From Malacoraja senta (Eukaryota): DNA of 64,000 bases. The stretch lies in the NCBI GenBank assembly GCA_038087875.1, contig CM075993.1:5334001-5398000 (forward strand), written 5' to 3'. The notes under the pieces were generated by a model. It did no database searches and was not told the DNA's origin. It saw only the letters and a program-made list of their open reading frames with translations. Made by a program: the position numbers and the translations under genes. Below are positions 56,532 to 64,000 of this stretch, piece after piece (positions within the stretch are counted from its first letter, which is position 1; each line of letters begins with the position of its first letter).

Positions 56532-59500
56532 TACAATAGGTGCAGGAGTAGGCCATTCGGCCCTTCGAGCCAGCACCGCCATTCACTGTGATCATGGCTG
56601 ATCATCCCCAATCAGTACCCCGTTCCTGCCTTCTCCCCATATCCCCTGACCCCACTATCTTTAAGAGTTCTATCTAACTCTCTCTTGAAAACATCCAAAG
56701 AATTGGCCTCCACTGCCTTCTGAGGCAGAGAATTCCACAGATTCACAACCCTCTGGGTACATTTTTTCCCCATCTCCGTTCTAAATGCCTGCCCCTTATT
56801 CTTAACTGTGGCTCCTGGTTCTGGACTCCCCCAACATCGGGAACATGTTTCCTGCCTCTAGCGTGTCCAATCCTTAATAAATCTTATTTCAACAAGGATA
56901 TCCTCTCATCCTTCTCAATTCCAGAGTATACAAGCCCAGCCGCTCATTCTCTCAACATATGGCAGTCCTGCCATCCCGGAATTAACCTGGTGAACCTACG
57001 CTGCACTCCCTCAATAGCAAATTTGGTGACCAAAACTGCACACAATACTCCAGGTGTGGTCTCACCAGGGCCCTGTACACTGCAGAAGGACCTCTTTGCT
57101 CCTATACTCAACTCCTCGTGTTATGAAGGCTCCGGTGGTCTCCTCCCACCATCCCAAGGATGTAATCGCCCCCAAGTGTGTAGGGAGTGGATGTTAAACT
57201 GGACAACATCAACTAGTGTGGGCGGTGATCGATGGTCAGCGTCAACTCGGTGGGTGGAGAACCCTGTGTCCATGCTGTATCTTCAACTAATTCAAGAGCT
57301 CTCCCGAGTTAAAACAAATTACAATGTGTGGTAAGTACGTGGAGTGTACGTAGCGGGTACGTCGGAGCTCGGGGACGTCTCTTAGCGGCTCGTAACGCTA
57401 ACGGCAGGCACTCGGGAAACGCGGTAAGCTCGTGAAGATTTTTCAACATGTTGAAAAATGTCCACGAGAGCCCCGAGCACCTCGCGCGGCCATTACCGTA
57501 ATTCCCCGCGTTCGAATCAGGGGAAACTCGAGAGAATTACCTCGTACAGTGGGCAGCCCCATTAGAAACATTTGCCCCCCCCCTCTCCTTCAGTTTGCCG
57601 CTGCCTTGTCAGGTTGTCCTGGCCTTTGCGAGACGCAGCCACATTACCTCTGCTCCATTTTACAAAGATGACCTTGCAGTCAGCTCGCATCTGATCACAC
57701 TCGAACAAATGGCCGTCCACATAGGGACAGGAACAGGCCCCAGGCCCTGCGAGCACTGTCCCAGCAGATTGCAGCTGCCCTGGGCTGTAACCCCACCTAT
57801 TCACCTTTGCCCAGTGCCCCTTGGAGCGGGCCAGGGCCGGGCTAATGCCCAGCGATCCAGCGACATTTCTGTTGCTCGTAGCAGCTTCACGTTTATTTTT
57901 TGAACCATTGATGCAAGTAGACACAAGATTGTGGAGTAACTCAGCGGGACAGGCAGCATCTCTGGAGAGAAGGGATGGGTGACGTAGAAACATAGAAATA
58001 GGGGCAGGAGGAGGCCATTGTAGAACCTGCCCAGTCACAGAGACACACGGCACGGGAACAGGCCCTTCGGCCCATCCTGCCCATGCTGACCAACATGCCC
58101 CATCCACCCAGTCACGGAGGCACACGGCACCGGAACAGGCCCTTCGGCCCATCCTGCCCATGCTGCCCAACATGCCCCATCCACCCAGTCACGGAGGCAC
58201 ACGGCACCGGAACAGGCCCATCAGCCCAACCTGCCCCATCTACCCAGTCACGGAGACAGACGCACGGGAACAGGCCCTTCGGCCCATCCTGCCCATGCTG
58301 ACCAACATGCCCATCCACCCAGTCACGGAGGCACACGGCACCGGAACAGGCCCTTCGGCCCATCCTGCCCATGCTGACCAACATGCCCCATCCACCCAGT
58401 CACGGAGGCACACGGCACCGGAAACAGGCCCTTCGGCCCAACCTTGTCAACGTGACTCACCCTTCGAGATGCTCCTCCCCATTGATGTAACGCAGGCTCT
58501 GAAGAAGGAGAGAGACACCAGGGCGTAGGAATGGTGGATCTTCAGGTATCCCGTGATGGTCTCGATTCGGCCCAGATGGCCTCCAGCTCCGCAGCGAGGT
58601 TGTCTGAGGGGGGGGGGGGGGGGGGGGTTAGACGGTTAAACATACTGTGGAAAAGAGCAACTGCAGATGCTGCTTTACACAAAAGGTCACAAAGGAGAAA
58701 TTCAACAGCGGGGGGACAAGTCGATGAAGTGCTGTTGTAACTCAATAGACAACAGGAGCAGGAGTGGAGGCCATTCGGCCCTTCGAGCCAGCACCGCCAT
58801 TCAATGTGATCATGGCTGATCATCCCCAATCAGTACCCCGTTCCTGCCTTCTCCCCATATCCCTGACTCCGCTATCTTTCAGAGCCCTATCTAGCTCTCT
58901 CTTGAAAGTATCCAGAGAGTAAGTACCCCATCGCCCTAGGGTCCCGGCAGCATCAGGAAGTTCTTCCCTACAGCCATCAGATTGTTAAACATGACAACCT
59001 CAACCTTAACTACAACAGACTATTAGTATTACTAATGCACTGTATTGTTTTGTTTTATAAAGTATGTGTGTATGTGTACCTATAGATATAAATATATATA
59101 TGTGTGTGCACTTGTAGGTATGTGTATATATACACACTGAAGTATTTGTCTTTTCTCTCTCTCTCTCTCTCTCGTTTATTATATTGGTCACAGTGTACAA
59201 TGTTCCCATATTCTGTAGTGCGGCAGCAAGTAAGAATGTCATTGTTCTATCTGGGACAGACGACAATAACACACTCTTGAATTGAAGGTGGACACAAAAT
59301 GGTGGAGTCGCTCAGCAGGACAGGTTCAGATCGAGGCCCTTCCTCAGTCTACAGCGAATGCAGCATGGAGACCCGGGTTCGATCCCGACTACGGGGCTGT
59401 CTGTACGGAGTTTGTAAGTTCACCTGCGCGGGTTTTCTCCGAGATCTTCGCTTTCCTCCAACACTCCAAAGACACGCAGGTTTGTAGGTGAACTGGCTTG

Positions 59501-61947
59501 TGTCAATGTAAACATTGTCCCCAGTGGGTGTAGGATTGTGTTCATGTGCGGGGATCGCTGGTCCGGCGCGGACCCGGTGGGCCGAAGGGCCCTGTTTCCG
59601 CGTTGGTATCTCTAAACTGATCTAAAGATGTTTGAGGACTCAACTTGCTGGAGTAACTCAGCGGGACAGGCGGCCATATCTCTGGAGAGGAGGAACGGGT
59701 GAGGTTTCGGGGGTCGAGACCTGCCTTCAGACTGAAGAAGGTCGCCCATTCCTCTCCCTAGATGCTGCCTGTCCCGCTGAGTTACTCCAGCACGACTCCA
59801 ACCTGATCTCCCGGTGGCCCCTCCCATTCCGAATCCGACCTTTCTGTCCTGGGCCTCCTCCATGGCCAGAGTGAGGACCACCGTAAATTGGAGGGGCAGC
59901 ACTCATATTCCGCTTGAGCAGTCTGCACCCTAGTGGCATAAACTTGACTTCCCCAATTTCCGGTTGGCCCTTGCTGTCTCCTCCTCTTCTCAGCTCTCCC
60001 TCCAGCCCTCGGGCTCCTCCTCTTCCATTCTTCTCCCACCCCCCCCCCAACCCTACATCAGTCTGAAGAAGGGTTTCGGCCCGAAACGTTGCCTATTTCC
60101 TTCGCTCCATAGATGCTGCCTCACCCGCTGAGTTACTCCAGCATTTTTGAGAAACAATGGTGGGAAACGGAGCGGCCTCAGGGCGAACAGCGACACGTAC
60201 AAGGCGAGCCCCTGCGGCGGGCTGTAGCCGGCGGTACTCACTGCCCTGCGGATGGCGATGATCAGGTTGCCGTTCACCACCGTGCATCCCTTCAGGTACT
60301 GGGCGGCGGTGACTGAATCGATGGTCTCCGTCTTCACCGGGCACACGTTGGGGCAAGGCGTCACAGGGGGTGCAGTACATGCTGTGGAGGCAGAGGGAAG
60401 CGGAGACAACGCTAACAAACTCCCCAGCAAGGTCAGGCCGCACCAAACCCCAAAACCCAAACCCCAACGCCCAACGCCCCAACGCCCAACGCCCAACGCC
60501 CAACGCCCAACGCCACCGCCCAACGCCAACCTTCACTACGTCCCGCGCATTCACAGCTCGGCAGCAAGACTTCGTTACCCCGCTAACGCACGTCTGTGGG
60601 GCCACCTGTGATAGTTATATCCCCCTGTCCGAAAAGTGAGGTGGGGGGGGGGAATGGGAGGGGGGAAAGGGAAGGGGGGAAGGGGGGGTTCAAGTGAGGG
60701 AGAAACGGAAGAGGGGGGAGAGAGAGAGGGAGACCGGGGTGGGGGGAGGTAGAGGGGGAAAGGGGCGAGAGAAGGAGGAAAGGGGCAGGTCTTTCCAATT
60801 TTCCAAGCCCAGTCTTTCCAATCTTTCCTCATATGACAGTCCCGCCATCCCGTGGGATTAACCCAAACCCCACAACGCCACCGCAGGTGGTTCAGCCTGA
60901 GGATATAAATCAAATTTACAATTTTTCATCCTTCAGACGATGAGAGATACAGCGCGGAACCAGGCCCTTCGGCCCAGCGAGTCCGTGCCGACCAGCGATC
61001 GCCCCATCCGCCGGCACTACCCTACACACACGGGGGACAATTTGAGCTTTTACCAAAGCCAATCAACCTACAACCTGTACGTCTTTCGGAGTGTGGGAGG
61101 AAACCGGAGCACCCGGAAAAACCCACGCGGTCACGGGGAGAACTCTGTACAAACTCCGTACAGACAGCACCCGTGGTCAGGATCGAACCCGGGTCTCTGG
61201 CGCTGACTCTACCGCTGTGCCAACCCCTGCTTCAGTGAGAATACACATTGGGAAAAACTCCCAAAGGCTAAACCAAGGGTGGCGCAGCGGTAGGTAGAGT
61301 TGCTGCCTTAAAGCTCCAGAGGCCCGGGTACGATGGTGACTATGGGTGCTGCCTGTGTGGAGGTTGCATGTTCTCCCCGTGACCGCGTGTGTTTTATCCT
61401 GGTGCTCTGCTTTCCTCCCACACCCCCAAAGACGTGCGGGTTTGCAGGTGAATTGGGTTCCAGAAATCCTGCCCGTGTGTGTGGGACGGAACTAGTTGGC
61501 TTATGCTGCGATCGCTGGTGGGCGCGGGACTCGGTGGGCCGAAGGCCTGTTTGCGCGCTGTATCTCTAAGCGCCACTAACGGGGAGCGGGGAGGTTGGGG
61601 GCGTCGGAGAGCGGGCGAGGGTGGCGAGGCGGCGTCTCTGACCTGCTGGCGTTGCGGGTGTACCCAGACGGGCAGATGAGAGTGCACTCCCCCTCGTGCA
61701 GCGCAAACTGCTCCTTGGGATTCTCACCGGGATCTTGGAGCAGAGATCCCTTGGTCACGCAGTGCCAGCCCTCGAACCGGTAGGTGCCCGCTGGGCAGCT
61801 GGCCAGGCACTGCCCGTCGTAGTAGTAGTTACGGCACGCCATGCAGGCCCGGTTGTCATTGAGGGCCGTGCAGCCACCCAGGCACTCCATGTGGCAGCAT
61901 TCCCCCTTCTCCCGTACACGCGCGCTTCCCGCACGGCTTCGGGCACA
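45762..61947 (-). CDS. insrr: Insulin-receptor-family receptor tyrosine kinase, INSRR-like (alternative: IGF1R-like); partial gene with exons equivalent to 3-10: join of 61643-61947, 60242-60381, 58461-58603, 52859-53073, 51104-51230, 49632-49870, 47269-47436, 45762-45960
   Basis: Eight colinear minus-strand exons with AG/GT boundaries and compatible phases translate to Cys-rich, L2, FnIII-1, FnIII-2a and alphaCT segments. Family assignment is strong; paralog identity is about 70%. INSRR-like traits from recalled human sequences: [10 protein letters not shown] spacing (INSRR CKVGTKTIDS), ETITG.LKI.HS, QEPGV, AITL.T.ED, DYCH.GL.LPT, FQK.FENFLHN. Confidence 0.85.
46017..46950. mobile_element. 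Cluster of CR1 3' fragments in both orientations (intron 9)
   Basis: Minus fragments at ~46017-46265 and ~46430-46805; plus fragments at ~46266-46430 and ~46805-46965. Confidence 0.8.
47269..47436 (-). CDS. insrr: INSRR/IGF1R-like exon 9 (FnIII-2a)
   Basis: cctcctccag|CT CCC TCC GTC ... CAC AAA G|gtacct. 168 nt, intact: (A)[55 protein letters not shown](G). Confidence 0.95.
47533..47812 (+). mobile_element. V-SINE (HE1-like)
   Basis: tRNA-like head remnant, V-domain and CR1-like tail. Confidence 0.75.
48475..48730. mobile_element. Fold-back Penelope-like terminal repeat
   Basis: Inverted arms around gtttcgggtcgagacccggaagggtctcgaccc. Confidence 0.7.
48871..49638 (-). repeat. 20-bp minisatellite built from the exon-8 5' splice site (~39 units including the true donor)
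   Basis: Plus-strand unit ggctgaggtga(c/a/t)ctacctgN = minus-strand NCAG|GTAG(G/T/A)TCACCTCAGCC, with a few 15-bp units. Confidence 0.95.
49632..49870 (-). CDS. insrr: INSRR/IGF1R-like exon 8 (FnIII-1 C-terminal part)
   Basis: ctccccag|G CCC TTC CAG ... AAC GCC TCA G|gtaggt. 239 nt, intact: [79 protein letters not shown]. Confidence 0.95.
49948..50300 (-). mobile_element. CR1 LINE 3' fragment (intron 7)
   Basis: [35 protein letters not shown]...[25 protein letters not shown]. Confidence 0.9.
50617..51023. mobile_element. PIF/Harbinger-like MITE inserted into a V-SINE head
   Basis: TIRs agggcctgtcccactt / aagtgggacaggccct. The SINE sequence gcgctgtaa...ggcagcaactc is split at TAA. Same family as 23187-23883. 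Confidence 0.75.
51104..51230 (-). CDS. insrr: INSRR/IGF1R-like exon 7 (FnIII-1 N-terminal part)
   Basis: cccatcag|GC GAA AGC ... AAG GAA GC|gtgagt. 127 nt, intact: [42 protein letters not shown]. Confidence 0.95.
51588..51975 (+). mobile_element. CR1 LINE 3' fragment (intron 6)
   Basis: [37 protein letters not shown]; same subfamily as 49948-50300, opposite strand. Confidence 0.9.
51976..52838. repeat. (CA)n / cacagttacacactccctca compound satellite abutting the exon-6 donor
   Basis: Recurring cagttacacactcc(c/a)tca units separated by CA runs. Confidence 0.9.
52859..53073 (-). CDS. insrr: INSRR/IGF1R-like exon 6 (L2 domain C-terminal part)
   Basis: ctgcag|G AAC TAT TCC ... GCC TCA T|gtgagt. 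215 nt, intact: [71 protein letters not shown](C). Confidence 0.95.
53729..54246 (+). mobile_element. CR1 3' fragment with a 7-bp target duplication (ctaatac), inside a degenerate hAT-like element (~53215-54272)
   Basis: ctaatac at 53722-53728 and 54247-54253; [25 protein letters not shown]...; the host element ends gggacagttggcaacactg. Confidence 0.8.
56526..57130 (-). mobile_element. CR1 LINE 3' fragment
   Basis: Matches other CR1 copies but with many 1-nt deletions. Confidence 0.8.
58030..58441. repeat. ~77-bp minisatellite (~5.5 copies) derived from a CR1/SINE 3' end, next to the exon-5 donor
   Basis: cccagtcac recurs at 58030, 58107, 58184, 58243, 58318 and 58395; the unit contains acaggcccttcggcccatcctgcccatgctgaccaacatgcccc. 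Confidence 0.9.
58461..58603 (-). CDS. insrr: INSRR/IGF1R-like exon 5 (L2 domain), with two apparent -1 indels
   Basis: ccctcag|AC AAC CTC GCT GCG GAG CTG GAG GCC ... CTC GAA GG|gtgagt. Reconstructed NLAAELEA(N)[25 protein letters not shown](K)[13 protein letters not shown]. 143 nt; 145 restores the homologous frame. Confidence 0.88.
59802..60150 (+). mobile_element. Penelope-like element 3' end: degenerate GIY-YIG C-terminus, pyrimidine tract and terminal repeat with hammerhead motif
   Basis: [54 protein letters not shown] across two frameshifts, then the terminal repeat. Confidence 0.8.
60063..60092 (+). ncRNA. Minimal hammerhead ribozyme motif in the Penelope-like terminal repeat
   Basis: CUGAAGA-A-GGGU(UUCG)GCCC-GAAA-CGUU-GC, on the same strand as the GIY-YIG remnant. 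Confidence 0.65.
60242..60381 (-). CDS. insrr: INSRR/IGF1R-like exon 4 (end of Cys-rich, start of L2), with apparent indels
   Basis: ctccacag|C ATG TAC TGC ACC CCC TGT GAC ... CGC AGG GCA|gtgagt. MYCTPCD, then in another frame [38 protein letters not shown]. Needs +2 nt near 60358 and +1 nt near 60245. Confidence 0.9.
60462..60530. repeat. 7-bp tandem repeat (CCCAACG)n
   Basis: Direct reading of the sequence. Confidence 0.85.
61643..61947 (-). CDS. insrr: INSRR/IGF1R-like exon 3 (furin-like cysteine-rich region), with apparent indels
   Basis: ttttctcag|TG TGC CCG AAG CCG TGC GGG AAG CGC GCG TGT ... GCC AGC AG|gtcaga. Reads [11 protein letters not shown][+1 shift][54 protein letters not shown]...[22 protein letters not shown]. 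305 nt as assembled; the phases require 304. Confidence 0.9.
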
Positions 61948-62159
61948 CTGAGAAAATCAATGTCTCAATGAGACTCGGATACAACAACTGGGAACAGACC
62001 CAATAGATAATAGACAATAGGTGCAGCAGTTGGCCATTTGGCCCTTCGAGCCAGCCTGATGTGTGGGATAGAACTAGTGTACGGAGTGGGCTGAAGAACT
62101 CTCCAGGCTGTATCTCTAAAGTCTAAAGGATGCAAAGGTATTTGCTTTCCATTTTAATG

Positions 62160-62485
62160 GCAATAGACAATAGGTGCAGGATTGGCCATTCGGCCCTTGG
62201 AGCCAGCACCGCCATTCAATGTGATCATGGCTGATCATCCCCAATCAGTACCCCGTTCCTGCCTTCTCCCCATATCCCCTGACTCTGCTATCTTTAAGAG
62301 CCCTATCTAGCTCTCTCTTGAAAGTATCCAGAGAACCGGCCTCCACCGCCCTCTGAGGCAGAGAATTCCACAGACTCACAGCTCTCTGTGAGAAATAGTG
62401 TTTCCTCGTCTCCGTTCTAAATGGCCAACCCCTTATTCTTAAACTGTGTGGCCCCTGGTTCTGGACGCCCCCCAACATCGGGAAC
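62160..62485 (-). mobile_element. CR1 LINE 3' fragment
   Basis: [51 protein letters not shown]. Confidence 0.85.
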
Positions 62486-64000
62486 ACCCTTCTTCAGACT
62501 CCACCCAACAGTTTCCTCCCACACATCACATATGACAAGCGTTTTGACAGCACTGGGCCTCTGCTTGCTGGGGTTTAGAAGGATGAGAGGAGGGGGGACG
62601 GGGGGACCTCACTGAAACATACCAAATAGTGAAAGGCGGAGTAGACTTGATGGGCCGAATGGCCTAATTCCGCCCCTCTCACATATGAACCCCAAAAGCT
62701 TAATAGGTAAATAAGTGGCTGTAAATTGTTCCTGAAGTCTAGAACAATGAGGCAAACAATCGAATAGGAGTTGAGAATAAATTACAAGGTTAGAAACAAA
62801 GGAAATAGGTTCAGGAGGAGGCCATTCGGCCCTTCGAGCCAGCACTTGTGATCATGGCTGATCGTCCCCAATCAATAACCCGTGCCTGCCTTCTCCCCAT
62901 ATCCCTTGATTCCACCAGCCCCTAGAGCTCCATCTAACTCTCTCTTAAATCCATCCAGTGACTTGGCCTCCATTGCCCTCTGTAACTAAACTGGTGGGAT
63001 TATTCTGTTAGATGGTCATAATTGACATGGCCTTTGGTTCTAGGCTCTCCCACTAGTGGACATCCTCTCCACATCCACTCTATCCAGGCCTTTCACTATT
63101 CGGTAAGTTTCAATGAGGTCCCCCCCCCCCCCCTCATCCTTCTAGACTCCAGCGAGTACAGCCTTGTATTGTAACCCTCTTGAAATAAATGCTGGCGTTG
63201 TGTCTGCTTTCCTTACTACTGATTTGACTTGCAGATTAACATTTTGGCAATCCTGCCCCAGCCCTCCCAAGTCCCTTTGCACCTCCGATTTCTGAATCCT
63301 CTCCCCATTTAGAAAACAGTCTGTGCCTTTATTCCCACTGACAGAACGCAGAACTCCGCCCTTTGCTGCACTATGCTCCATCCAGCATAGACACGATGGG
63401 CCGAATGGCCACGTGGTTTACAAGATGGAAATCCATCTCCCAGACTAGACGACGAGGCCTGGATTATATACTCTGAGAAAGGTGCCCTGGGGCCTGTGTT
63501 TGGTGCCTGCACCACGAACAAGCCTCAAGACTTGAAATCCATCTGCAAACTTTTCTTATTGAAGTTTAGGGAAATAAAGAGGAAACTTTTTAATCCCATT
63601 AAATTGTTCTGAGACATTCCATTAGCTGTCAGTTGCAAACACAAGGCACTGAGGTTGTGAGTGGTCTGTCCTGGCCTGAATCTTTCACGGAACGTACAGT
63701 TCCCAAGTAATTTGGTTGTGAGAGAATAATTGCAGGAGATGAGAAGATGCAGGTACATAATGTCCCTTGTTCCGTACCTGAACTGCCCCATTTTTATGGG
63801 AAATTCTGACAGCACTGCAATGTTTGAGATCAGTCACTACCAGCTCTCAGGGAGGGAGGAGGGGGGGGGGGCGTATCTGCATCGAGCAACAGAGTTTGCA
63901 CCAAGATACTTCCATCCGAGACAGTCCCATGAGTGGGCATCCTCCGGGGTTGTCTTCGAAGAAGGCAGCACGGTGGCGCAGCGGTAGAGTTGCTGCCTGT

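Noticed and set aside
63968..64000. tRNA-like sequences (ggtggcgcagcggtagag...) here and at many other sites
   Set aside because: They match the tRNA-derived heads of the V-SINEs, which elsewhere continue into the V-domain; not tRNA genes.

Overview
Eukaryotic, very repeat-rich genomic DNA, most likely from a cartilaginous fish (skate/ray-type); this is inferred from the repeat repertoire of CR1 3' ends, HE1-like V-SINEs, Rex1/Babar, Penelope-like termini and Harbinger/hAT MITEs. The only host gene I can support is a minus-strand insulin-receptor-family tyrosine kinase, best read as INSRR-like, with IGF1R as the alternative. Eight consecutive exons equivalent to vertebrate exons 3-10 (Cys-rich, L2, FnIII-1, FnIII-2a, alphaCT) lie between 61947 and 45762. 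Exons 6-10 are intact; exons 3-5 carry small indels, mostly in homopolymers, that are probably consensus errors. I found no exons 11+ (cleavage site, TM, kinase) in the window. There are two 200-N gaps: 1-6963 is a near-identical copy of 7366-14544 across the first (likely a false haplotypic duplication), and a 6.3-kb (CA)n-derived satellite abuts the second. Most notable observations: (i) a dispersed Penelope-like terminal repeat carrying minimal hammerhead ribozyme motifs (CUGAAGA-stem II-GAAA-CGUH) in single, fold-back and tandem arrangements, joined to a GIY-YIG ORF end at ~59.8-60.15 kb; (ii) a ~39-unit 20-bp minisatellite made of the exon-8 splice donor itself; (iii) a perfect 22-nt inverted copy of exon-7 sequence in intron 7, inside an inverted CR1 pair; (iv) a compact MEF2/CArG/E-box muscle-type enhancer candidate at ~33.6-33.9 kb. 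Comparisons with human INSR/IGF1R/INSRR and repeat families are from memory, not database searches.
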